A stretch of DNA of 56,917 bases, filler included, from Sphacelaria rigidula (taxonomy: Eukaryota): assembly GCA_964200075.2 (NCBI GenBank). It is 4 parts of 4 records of this genome, joined end to end, with 100 filler letters (N's around TTAATTAATTAA, not from the genome) between each part and the next. Parts side by side here need not be neighbours in the genome. Positions count along the whole stretch, not along the records: positions 1 to 14,160 come from CAXNAA020002424.1; positions 14,261 to 28,415 come from CAXNAA020002425.1; 2 more parts are not named here. One strand, given 5' to 3'. Below are positions 11,815 to 24,100 of the stretch, one piece after another. A program made the position numbers and the translations under genes. The notes under the pieces were generated by a model, which did not search any database, had not been told where the DNA came from, and saw only the letters and a list, made by a program, of their open reading frames with translations. The number at the start of each line of letters is the position of its first letter. Positions within the stretch are counted from its first letter, which is position 1.

Positions 11815-12411
11815 CGAGCTGGGCCAGCCAAGAGCAGGTGTGAACCTCGCTCAGGCGACGCACGGCGCAATATCAGGAGTCGGACGCTGAAATTGTGACA
11901 GCAGCTTTTCATGATTGAAATGCAGAAGATCACGGGTCCAGCAAATAAAGAAAAAAAAGATAAAAAGTTATGGACATATGAAATTTCAGCAAAAACAAGA
12001 TAATGCCATAAGTCCAGGAAAAAAAGGAGAATCTGCAGCTGGGCACGTGAAGTATCAGTTCCTAGGGTGCAGAAGGTTTCCTGAAATTTCAGCTCAAGAC
12101 TCGTCGAATTGGGCCGTGCGTTCAACATTTTCTGTGACGCTGCTGCACCCCTTTAAATCAAGTGATGGGAGACTCCGATCATGGAGGTCATGAGTTCGAA
12201 TCCCGACATATTCTCTCTTTGTTTTCGTCCGTCATTAAGGTCATACTTTTTGCAGTACGTTTTTCTTCATTTTTCTTTATTCAACGACGGTACCGTGTGT
12301 CACCAGGTTGGTCTACACTTTACAGTGATATGCTTACATCGGGTTCATTCGGGAAACTCGAGAAGCTGTGGTGTGAGCAACTTTTAGCAACTTTTAAGCT
12401 GACCCAGCTCG
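11815..12411. mobile_element. TA-flanked MITE (Tc1/mariner-type), copy 1, with internal B-box
   Basis: TA|CGAGCTGGGCCAGC...GCTGACCCAGCTCG|TA (13/14 TIR match). The right arm is homologous to 37490-37614. GAGTTCGAATCCC at 12192. Confidence 0.85.
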
Positions 12412-13824
12412 TAGGCTCTTGCTTCTTATGCGCGCATATAATTTCACATAAAACGGGGGTTTGCGCATAAGCGTATGCGTTTTTTGGAAAATATATGTTT
12501 TTGGATATTTCAGCATAACAAAAGCATAAAAGCTAAGTTTTACGCATAACTTGGCGCATATGGTACTCCAACAGGATTATGCACCTCATGTTCAGCAGCT
12601 AGCACCTGCCCACGGGTGCTCCATGTGGCGTGGTTCGTGGAGTCGTGGCGTTTGTGTTCGTTATTTCTTTTATTTTTGTAACTTTGTTGCGGGTCTGATA
12701 CCGGTTTTGGTTCTGTATGTGAGCTACTCTACGTTCATGTGAAACTGAAAAAAAAAAATGTGTCATCTTTCACATCAAACAGCGGCTCCCGCCACAACGT
12801 CACCCTCCAAACAATCCAATCCACAACTGACAGTGTACAGCGCACAGACCACAGTACAGTGCACGGACAGTACAGCAGTGAGCACTACACTATTCTGGCA
12901 GAGCAGAAAGAGGTCGAGGTGACCGAGGTGCGGACTCCGGCGCCTCTAACAGCGCGACGCGAAGGAGACCGCGGAGGAGCAGAGGGCGAGAGAAAAAGCG
13001 CAGAACTATTTCTAGTATTATTCATTTTCATTTACTTTCTTCTCTTTCGTACTTTCTATTTTTTAATAATTAATTCCGTTGTGTCCTTCAAAACCGATGA
13101 ACGAAGAAAAAAACGAGCGAGCTTTCCTTCCAAGCAATCGTAAGATCTCGGAAGGTCCAACGTGCAGTCTCGTTCTCTTCCTGGTGTCAAGAAATGGTAT
13201 ATGTCTATTCATTTAGTAGTCAACGCGTTCAAGAGCATCAAGGCTTTGTCATAGTTGCAGCCTGACATGCGGACTGTTAGACACAGAATAGTCGGTGTGA
13301 TTGGTTACGGTTCAACTTGTTGTAACCGTCAGAGTAATGGTACTGTAGATCTGTAGATGGTCACCTCCTCGTTTACTCTTCTCTCCACGTTCTCGGGAAC
13401 CATCAATAATACAAGCTGCGTACTTTGTGTTTACTCCTTCTCCCGATCAGCTGAGCAGCTGTGGCGCTTGCCCCTGCGACACGTTCAGGGTACTACACAC
13501 AGTTTAATCCTGACAGGTTATGAGCCTCGCGTTTTCGAGTATCTTTGGGAGTTTGGGGGAAAACGTTTTCTACTCCCTTTAAGGCGCTTGGATCAGGATC
13601 AACGCATCTCGGGCGCTTGTACCGGGATATCCACGTGAGTTGAGTCACCTTCGGCTTTTGTTCGGGACTGATCATCTCGACTTCAAGCTAAGCTGCACAC
13701 CCGTAGGTCACACTGGCTGGGTTGTGCAAAGGAACGACGGAAAACGAACAGTTGCGGCGTATCGCCCGGCTTCTAGCGGTTTCTTGCTTTTGAGTTTTCA
13801 TTATCGGCATACAAAGCCGACGTT

Positions 13825-14078
13825 CGGGGTTCATCACTGGGAGCATCTCATCGACGTTGTGAGTTTGCAGCTCCCAGTACAGTACACCTAGCTGGTATGC
13901 AGGTGTCTACATCTCGTCTATACGGTACGAGTAGTGCTTCGGGTAAGCACAGACCGACGTCAGCTCGTCTATATAGCACAAGTGGTATGTTGAGTTCGCA
14001 CACTGAACGGCGTGCGGTTTCATCACTGGAGCATCACATTGACTTTTTGTGTTTGCGGATTCCAGTACAATGCACCAA
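13825..14078. repeat. Local diverged direct duplication (~60-bp core, ~190-bp spacing)
   Basis: TTCATCACTGGGAGCATCTCATCGAC...CCAGTACAGTACACC (13829) versus TTCATCACTGGAGCATCACATTGAC...CCAGTACAATGCACC (14019). Confidence 0.65.
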
Positions 14079-14160
14079 GAAAAACGTTTTCGTGAGATTG
14101 AGAGTAGCTCTTCGATTGAGAGTGGCTTTGATCATTCGCTTTAAGTGAGTCATTTTTTTA

Positions 14161-14260
14161 NNNNNNNNNNNNNNNNNNNNNNNNNNNNNNNNNNNNNNNN
14201 NNNNTTAATTAATTAANNNNNNNNNNNNNNNNNNNNNNNNNNNNNNNNNNNNNNNNNNNN
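14161..14260. other. Assembly gap linker
   Basis: N44-TTAATTAATTAA-N44, which gives stops in all six frames. Confidence 0.97.
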
Positions 14261-14502
14261 GCTATACTACTGTTCATATTGAACGGTGGTAGGTCCGTTC
14301 TGAGAGAACGTTGACCGGAATTTATTCCAACAGCTTACTTTGTTTTGGCCTTCAGAATACAAGCACGGCATACCGACCAATGACGTACTGGCCAAGAGGA
14401 AGCGTGATGAGCAAGCGGAACACTCGGTGTAATACAGTGTTCAGCATCCCCCCGACGGAGCGACAGAACGAGGAGACTACCAATAATCAACGGTCACCGC
14501 AC

Positions 14503-15118
14503 CTCAAAATTTTCACCGCATTCCACGCAGTCGTCTACGCGCGTGCTCCCGCTGTCGGCAATCGTAAAGCGTCCTGCCTCGCACTGGGTGCACACTTGCA
14601 GCCCGACAGCTCCGATCTGGCACAACGGTGGAAACAAAAGCACGTCGATGATGAGAAAACAACAAAAGATACGGCGGACTTGTGTCAATCCTTCCGGTCT
14701 ATGGTGCCGGGTGGGTTTCGGGGATTTCCTGATCTGCATGTCGAGGTGCCGAGGCCAACAGGGTTAGTTAGAGAGCAAATCACGTCCCTCCCGCTCCCCC
14801 ACCCCTCCAGACTAGAGCTAACAATACACGATTTTCTTCATATGTCATCGTCTGCCGATCGAACCTTGTCACTGTAGGTATTCTTCGGACATGGCTGACA
14901 CGTGGGAGTCAGCGATATATCACTCTCCGTTTCTCCAAAGGTCCCCGCCGGGCATGAAAGGCAGCTGTCGGCAAGTTGGATGTCCGAGCCATCATCCGGG
15001 ACGATGAACGGGCGGGGGGTGCCCAGGGGACAGAACTCACACTCCCCGACCTGGTTTGTAGGAGGACGAAACCCTTCTCCACAAATACATTGGAACACGA
15101 TTCGCGTGCTCTGTCCCT
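14503..15118 (-). CDS. Two exons encoding Cys-rich CxxCPxGT-type repeats
   Basis: CICGEGFRPPTNQVGECEFCPLGT...CLSCPAGTFGE...CQPCPKNTYSDK | IGAVGLQVCTQCEAGRFTIADSGSTRVDDCVECGENFE, with canonical splice sites. Confidence 0.9.
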
Positions 15119-18100
15119 CTGGTGAGGTATACTATTGATACATCGATCCACCAGGGATAAACGTTTGGGGGAAGCAGGAAAAGAGCGGGGGCGAGGGGGA
15201 GATGTGCTATGAGATATATTGGTAGAATCAACAGTGGGGGTCAAAGGCGGAACAAGAATGCGGGTGCAATGAGGGTGTTGCAGGATTTGAGATCAACCCA
15301 GTTTCATGCCGTTTCTGGGAATATGCAATACCCCCATCACAACATACAGCATGTTTTTCGCCGCTTCAAGACTCGCATGCAGGGCCCCGAGCGCGCAAAA
15401 CAACTACGCACCGCGCAAGACTCCGTTGTGCCATCGCAGCCTGAAGCGACAAAATCGTCCAATCCGTTGACGCCTCCGAAGGGCGGGATTCCTTGAGTAA
15501 CCTCCAGGGGGAAGTACACCATTCCAGTGGGGCACTCGACAGTGGCGTTCTGGATAGGCGACAGGGTGGAAACCCCATGATGCGGTGGTGTATGGCAGCA
15601 CGTGAGACGTGTGAGGAGGTGTAGTGCTAGAGGCACACATGATAAACCGTGCACTCAACGAGTAATCCCAGATTTCAGCTTGTTTCCTACAAAAAGAACA
15701 CCTGGTTACCTACACTCCGAGTCTGCACAAAATGAGGTGAAATGACGCGACCACATGCGGGATAATCGCACCATTCGGTGATCAGTTTCGGGTATTCGTT
15801 CGCACCTTCAAGTTGACGTCTCCGAAAGCGTTGGCCACCCTTTCAGGGGCAGGCAAATCTCTGTCGATTCCAGGCACCGGGCCTATCCGTGCAAAACACA
15901 GCGCAGTGAGTGAAGGCTCTTTCGTCAAGCAGGGCTCAACAACCGCAACATGTTTGCTCGCGTTGCTGTTGTTGTGCTAAACGAATCAGGTGAGGCGTCC
16001 ACATATATAACCGCTTTCACTTCACCACTGCGTTCGGCCACCTCGTGCTGCCCGAGGCAATAAAACGATTTTCTGGGTTGACACTTTCTACGATAGCCAC
16101 CCCTTAAAAGCAGCCCCAAACTCTCACGAAGAAAATTATCATACAACGCCTGATGTTTCATTTCAAGCCGTATGAAGAGCCTCCCATGGGCGACAATGGC
16201 GGAAACGAACCCAAGCGTGGGAATCCCAAGCTGCTCGTTGTGCTCGGCCGTTTTCACTTCGATTTACGTGTAGAGTTTGTCTTCCCAAACCAGTCACTCA
16301 TTTTGGGGGGGGGTTATCGTAGAAAGTGTCGGTTGTGGTGGATCGGGAATAATACTGTACTTCACCAAGCGCAACGACACCCCTAAGGAAACTATCATCG
16401 CCTCACAGTAGTATCTGACGGACGCGAAGTCGCAATCCGTTGGTAGCACGCACTCGTCGGATGCTTCTTCGAGAGTTTGAGCATTGCAGAGTTCAGCGTT
16501 GGCGACAGCCCCGCTCAAGCAAGTCGGCACAAACGGCACGAACTCTTCAACCCTGGCTTCCCGGCGCGCCACATACTGCCCCACGTTTGTGTCGCCGCTG
16601 AATGCCGTGAGTTCCAGGTCGCGGGAGCGCTGCCGGTGGCAAAATGAAGTGTTCAGCACATTGTGCGTTGGAAAGAGGGCGCGTGCAAAATACCATGAGA
16701 TAGCTTGCACAATGAGTTACTTCTTTCCATAATAGCGCACCGTAGCTGCACCGGTAAACCAGGTGCACCATCGCCTGCTCTGTACGAGATGCATTAATAT
16801 AGGGAATCTGACTACCATTTGTTTTTGTGTTGCAGCTCTTCATGACGCCGCATCCGCACTCACTTCCAACGGCGACCCGATACCATCTTCGTCACACTCC
16901 ACTCGGATCAGGATGTCATCCAAGAACTCGTCCGGTGCTATGAGTCGCTGGCGAGTAGCCCTGACAAATCGGTGTTGGAGGTAATCCATGCCTCGAACAG
17001 GGCCCTGATTGCCACATGAGGCGGTTTCGACGTTTGTCCCTGCACCACGGCAGGTTGGCAACCAGCAGGGGTGGAAACGCTTTAGCAGCACACTACCCTT
17101 GTAAATACTACCGTAGGTGCAGCGCAGATGCCTCTTCATGTGCACTTGCCTCTATCTAGGGGAAAAGAAGCCTCTGAGCTAAGGAAAGGGAACGCGGCAG
17201 GAAGGAAAACCCTAGGCTTGCTGGGTGTCGGCGAATGCGGACGAGGACAGGCTTTGCTGAGAATTCTCCTAACTGACTATGATCTGGGTTATGTCTCTCT
17301 TGCACTACCTGTAATCTGATCGGGTCCGCCGATGAATGTTGCGCCGTTCATGCAAGTCCACTGCCACGACCACCTATCGAAGTCACTGTTCAGCCGACGT
17401 CTTCGGACGGAAAACGACTGAAAGCCACCTCTCTCGCCACGGATCCACGGAATCGCACGGATCCAGTGTTGACAAACCTTACGGCGGTCAGGGCACTCCC
17501 CTCACGATCCCCGTAGCAGGAGAAGCTCATTTGGGCGCTGTCGGCATCATCAACAAATCGACACAGTTTTTTTGCAATTTTCAGCCGAGGAACGAGAGCT
17601 CGGATGAGATGAGATTCTCACTTACAGTTGCGCGTAGGACACGGTTCTACTCACCACCGTCCAACCGGTCGTGGTCTCTTGTCGATTACAATTTGTGGCC
17701 ATTGACGCAAAGATAGAAACCTAACCACCCTTCCGTGTCGTGTTCTGGTTGCCAAGGCTACACGTCAACACATATTTTGAGACAACCGGAAATAGGATCT
17801 CAGTGAGTATCCTGTAGAGACATCATGATACAGCGAAAGAAGGACACACAAACGCGTTCGTGCACCCACGTATCTTCGGACGCTCGCCCATTGAAGCGGT
17901 CTTCACGGTGCTGCTGCCAGTGAAACTGTGGGTGATGGGGGGGGGGGAAGGGGTAGGTAGAGGAGGGAGGGCAAGAGAACCAAGCATGGTAGGTTTTGCT
18001 AGGTACATATGAGCCTGTTTGCATCCACTTGACACACGTGAGCGCGTGTCGACTACCCGTTGCATTCTTAGTGAAGCAGACGGTGGTCACCAACGTTGTA

Positions 18101-21100
18101 TTTTGATTGATCAATTGATTGTCGCACTTTGACTGATCCCCTAGGGGTCCAACCGTCGTCTCATGATAGACGTACCCAAGAAAAACGAAGCTGAAACACG
18201 CTCTAAGGAAGAAAAAAAAAACAGGAACAGAAAAAAAACAGGAACAGAAAAAAATAAAAAGAAAGAGGGGTCGAACAGAACGACATAGCAGACTAAGTCG
18301 TATGCACGGCGAATATAGTGATCCTACGATTAGGGACGGGAGCGCGCACGCGCGCGCGGGGGGGGGGAGGCTCGATTGACCTCCTGCACTCAGTAGTCAC
18401 TTTAATGCTCTTAGTATCAACGCAACACGAGCATTTACACCGACCAACGCCGTTCTTAGCCTCGTATAAGGGAATAACAAGTGTGTGGAGAGTCGTGTAG
18501 AACCCCCAGTGAGGCTTGCGGTATATAGTTAACACCCTCCCCTGTCATAAGGCCATTCTTTGTCACGAGCGGCCTCGCCATCGGGTTGTACCGCATGTTC
18601 GGGAAGCAAACAGTTCACCCGCTGAACCCGTGAGCGCTCACTGGTTCAATGGGTAAACTGTTCGCTTCCTGGACACCGCAGGCCATTTGGAATCCACGAG
18701 GGTACTCACATACATGACTTGATTGCGAAGTACGCTAATGTTGTCGACTTAACCCTCACCTTCTCTAGGTACGACCCCTCTCCACATCTGATTTCGTTGA
18801 GTAAGCGGTCATCAGTGTTAGCGTTCTCGGGGACCCCGCCCACTTGCAAGTCGTTTGGGTTTACGCTTCCACTCAGCCGCCTTGTAGATTGAATGAAGGA
18901 TGATGCGAGCCTCACGTAGATAGGGTTGCTGGTTCCCCAGTCGTAGAGGTTGAGATGTTGATCGATCATGACTTCCACGGAGTCCGCCAGCTCGGGCGGC
19001 ACCTTGATTTTGTAGGAGGCAGCGGACGATATATGTGAGAAGGGTCAGCTTGCCTTGCGATTGTCTGCACGTCCCAGCACGACTAGATGCTGCAGTTCTG
19101 CCTCGCTGATAGGAGATGCACGTGGGCTGGCGTGCTCGGCACCATCACTTTACAGTGACACCAAACCGCTCAAAAGTCAGTAGAGTGTGTACGGCTGGGG
19201 AGGGGCACGCACTGAGGACATGTACGCCACGTAATGCTCTCCAAACCAGGGGTCAAGTGCATGGGAGTAAGTGACGAGTTCGGTGTCTCTCACAAGCAGT
19301 CATCCTCGTACGTAGCCTACGTTCAATGCGTACAGGTATTACTGCCAGATGACGGGAATTCGAAAACAGGACATGGGGAATTCTTCAAATGGTCACGTTT
19401 TTCACCAGGTTTGTCAGCCTTGTAGTGATGCTCTCACGCGCTATCCACACACCCACGAGGCAGATGTGATCGCCACCGCATGCCGTGTGGGCGGTCACTT
19501 GACTGTTCCAGAGGTCCAGGTACGACGCCAACCTGCCCGAAGGGAGGAGTTTTACGCGACAACATTGCATTGACAGTAGGAATGCGATACGTGGATATGA
19601 GCCTCAGAGGTTGCACACAGTATCCGCAGGGGATGTGTGTCGAACCGTAGTGCCGTGGTCAGTCTACGCTCATGTTTGATATTCGGCTGTAAAGCAAAAT
19701 GCGGCACCTATCGTTATGGTTCGTCTACAGCGTAACCGTTCCGCGTTCCGTATGTAATGACATATTTACCACTGAAGCATCAGCAGGAAATGAGTTGCAA
19801 ATGTGAATCATGATAAGTATAACATCGTCCGGTGATCTCGCCACGTTGAAGTAGATCACTCCAGTCCGCGAGTTGTATCCATGAGATCAGGAGAGGGTAC
19901 CATCTCTTCTGTCTCGCTCTCCCAGGGAAATAAATCTCTCTTCTTGGGATCAGTCTCTTACCGATCGTTGCTTTTCCAAACGGACTACGCCTTATCCTGT
20001 TTTAGCAAACTGGCACTCATGAAATTGTCTAACGTTTTCATTTGCTGAGCCCCGCAAGTGGGCACACCGACGACAGTGCACCTCCTGCGAGTCCGTCTAG
20101 AGACATCACCACACGGCACTGCCTTTCAACAGGATGAGGGCTACTTACTAGGTCATTCCACAGGGGAGGGCGCGAAGTAATCCCAGAGACTGTAGCGCAC
20201 ACAGATCACCTAGTGGACTCTCCTGATAGAATGGCGCTACATTCATTCATTTTTTCAAGCAATATAATCTTGTGGGGGTACTTCAGGCGCAAATGATAAG
20301 TTTAGGTTCTCCCGTCCACTGTTCTGTTTTTGTGCGAGGAAGGTGCGCGCACGAGCGTTATTATGTTGTTTTGACCATTCTGCACAGTCGATCGGACCTG
20401 CTACCGCTAACCGAGACTCACTGGGTGATGACCTCATTGCTGTCGCTTCGAGCTAGGTTCTCATCAATCTCGGTGCACGCATCCCTGTTCTTGTAGCCCT
20501 CTTCCCCGGCCGGGTCATCAAGGAATGCGTGTTCGAAGCACGGGACTCCAACCTCGGCAAAATCTACCGCGAATCTCTGCAGCAGGAAAAACGACAAGCA
20601 AATGGGCCGACGGATCAGCGTTTCCATCAGCCGCTGTCTCGTGTGAAGACGCTATGGCGTCCTCCACCGCAAATGAAATGTTGTAGTCGCAGTTCGATCA
20701 TACCGGTGAGCGGTGTACAGTCGCGCGCTGAAGACATGGTAACTTTCTCAACCTATCTCGCGCAGGACCTGCAACACTCGAAACTAATAGTAGGCGGGCA
20801 ATGCTACGCCTACTGTCGGAGACCACTCAAAACAATCATGCAAAACATTTCTTACAACAGTTGCTGTACTTTAAGGTGTCCAAGTTTACTTGAAAAATGT
20901 CGAGATCCGCTTCGGAACGGATAACCACCGAGCAGGATCATTCATTTGGCAACACTCCAACAAAACACAACGTATTGAAATACCGTTATTTTAAGGAGGA
21001 CGACGAGCTTTGATGATCGGGATTAGGAAGTCGAGACACAGAAAGTGTTACCACCGTCATGAATGAACATTGCCACATGACTATTGATTTCAGTTCGCAT

Positions 21101-24100
21101 CCCATTACTTGAGAATGGGCGTGGTGCTCCCATCGTAGTTGTGGTTTCAGTATGTTACGGCCTATTGCACTGACCCTAGTCGAGCAAGAGAGCACACCGA
21201 CACCCTGCGTAGCCTTAACCTCCGCAGGAAGCAGCCCTAGCTCGAATACCGTGCTTTCCCTCGCGCAAGCGTAGTGTGCCTGGTCGATGGAGACGAAGGA
21301 GAGGTTGGCGTAGACAATCGACGAAAATAAATGAATGAGGCCTGGGCGGCCATCACGATCAATCACAACACGCATAGCCGCGGTGGACCAGTTTGCGTCT
21401 GCCGACTGCCAGTGTATACAACACTGACACCGCGTGGTGGAAACACGCACTATTTATATGCGAGTCAAAGCATTCACACAGGATTGACGCGCGAACTCAA
21501 GTCAAGCGACAATCAAGCCTAGCAACGCCGGGGCAACGTAACCGACTAGTGATACTTTGAAGCAAGTTCAAGACATTCGCTTCCAGCCGTTACCTGGAGG
21601 ATGAAGTCGCTCCTCGGCGGCAAAAAGTCCGGGAAGTTCAGATTTCCGGCTTCATCAAAGAACTCTGGGGGATAGTTGTCGTTCACGCAAACGAGCGGCA
21701 CCTGAACGAAGGCGATCGATCGGATGCATAGGCCGTGGTCGGAATGAAGCGTGAAGAACTCCACGAGCTAAATCTAAAGGCGATAGAAACTCAGTTCCAG
21801 AATCATTCGCCAAGCGAACACCGAACGGCACCGCGACCATGAGTCGTTCAAGGATAGAGGGGGGCTGTACTCATCGGTAGAGCGGGGGGTGGATGCGGGG
21901 GGGGGGCGTACTCAATTGTTGCTTGGCGCAGTCGTTTGACCATTGACCACGCATCCCGTTCGAGACGGAGTACCGTTCCCACTCCTAATAGACACACCTC
22001 CAACATCTGGGTCGTTATTTACATACACTACACGAAAACCTCTTACACATCTTATCTCCATCCTGATCGTTTTCTCGCTACTGTCTAGTGCACCAACCGA
22101 TTTCATACAACGATAGAGGGGGGAGGGGGGGGGGTACAGCATCATCCCCACTGCGTCCCTATCGTATTGTCTCAAGTTCAAGTCGTAGGTGTTCCACGTC
22201 ACGAGCTTGCACAAGGTTATACATATATGTTCAGTCGAACGAAATGATGGCCTTTTCTTTCAGACAACACATGGTGCTCCTTTCTTTGTCCACAAAGAGC
22301 AGTGAAACCGCCCCTCGCCCAGGAGTCATTTAACGATAGACCGGGGGTAGAGGGAGTGATACAGGATCACCCCCGTCGCGACCTTTTCCCCTGTCGCATT
22401 GTCTGAATTAAGATCACATACATAATATACAAACATACTCAAATACTCTTGTAATTTACACGGGAGATGGTGGGAGAAGGAGGCTCACACTCTCGTCGAT
22501 AGGTTTCCTGAATTTCATGCTTGACTGTGGAAAACATCTTCTCACCTTGTTGTCAGAGGACACTACACAACCCTCGCCGGTCAGGAGATCGATCTCTCCC
22601 AAGCCACCACACGGGAAAAGAGATGCTGCGGTGAAGTCGTAGCCGCGCGGGCAAAACTTTATGTGCAAAAAAAATGAGCAAACAACGGCGTTCGTTGCGT
22701 GCGGGTGCCGTTGGGCGTGTGTGAGTGGCGGAGGGGGGGGAGGGTCGAAAACCGATGCGAATATCGACAAGTCCATGATCTTCCAATTTCGACCACTAAC
22801 TGGAAACTGCCTCAGATCTCGCATCGTGCACTCCTCCAGCGCTGAGTACCACCGCTCGGATACTAACAGCAAAATTTCAGCCGAGAAAACATTGGGTAGG
22901 GCACCGCGCCTTGCCGAATCGGGCGCTGTTTTCTCGACATGTGGAGTGTGGTCGTTAGTTGATTCCTACCGGCTACTTACTGCTGTGCGCTGAACACCAT
23001 TGAATAGTAACGATAACCTCTTCTCGATGGCTCCACCGCTGGCGTATGTGTCGGCGCAGTCGTGAATACCAACCTGTGGAGAGTGGGTGGTAGGGGGGGG
23101 GGGGGGGGGGGTAGTTGTGTTCACCACGCGATGGATCCGCAATCACCAATATAAATCATTGTGTTCGGGGCTTCACAACGGCGACCTTTGTTTGGAAGAG
23201 TTTCCCGGTGATGCGGAACTCCCGGTCACGGTCACCATTTTCTTTCTTCTTCATGGAGACCGCCAATTACGTACAAAGACATTGCAAGCGCCTCTCGATG
23301 AAATCGGCGGAGGAAATAATTTCGCCAAACAAGGAGCTGGTATTTATGATCGACAGCAAGCGAGTTTGGCTACCCTCATCAATTTCAGACGTCCGCCATT
23401 GAAAACCATACTTGGTGCAAAACTTGGCACACCAGAGAAAGTCTACTACCGTGGAGAACCAACAACTCACTTCTCAACTGTCAGTACCTTACCATATCCA
23501 TACGGGCATCACAACACTCGACTCTACCATTTTCCGTTCGGCAGAGTGAGCTGCAGCGTACACGGCCTGCTCGTTGCTCTGTCGGAAGGGTTACCCCCTA
23601 CAAAACTGACGTTTAGATGAACTCCAAACCCACCGTCGTCTCTCGCCGGATTCCCTCGTACAGCACATCCAGCCCCGTGGGTTCATCTCCGTCTTGCGTG
23701 TATAGCACCGGGAGAGGGTCGTCCAAGAGCGCGCCAAGCACATCCTCTACCATCGAGTCAGCTGAATATATGGTAAGTTTATCGCGGGGGAGAAACAGAA
23801 TAGATAATGTTCAGAAAAATGGGCGACGTCGGCGAGATCAATGAAACTGCAAGCTTGAGTCATCGTCCAGACCCGTTGTCACGATCAAGTAATAATGCAT
23901 TTTCTCCTCGGAATCTAGAGCCGAAGCAGATGATTCAGCTCAAAAATATCTCAAGTAGAAATGGACCAAAAGCGCGGATGGGCTGGTGTCGGTGGCCGGG
24001 ACAAAGCATCAGCTTGAACCCAACAGTGGGCGTGTGCAGTGGAATAGCACATTTTCCTGCAGGATTCGTGTGGATAATGAAAAAACCTTCGATGATTATG

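Noticed and set aside
23087..23620. 177-aa plus-strand ORF
   Set aside because: Starts in a poly-G run inside an intron of the minus-strand gene and overlaps a weak inverted-repeat element (23113-23467). No protein motifs.
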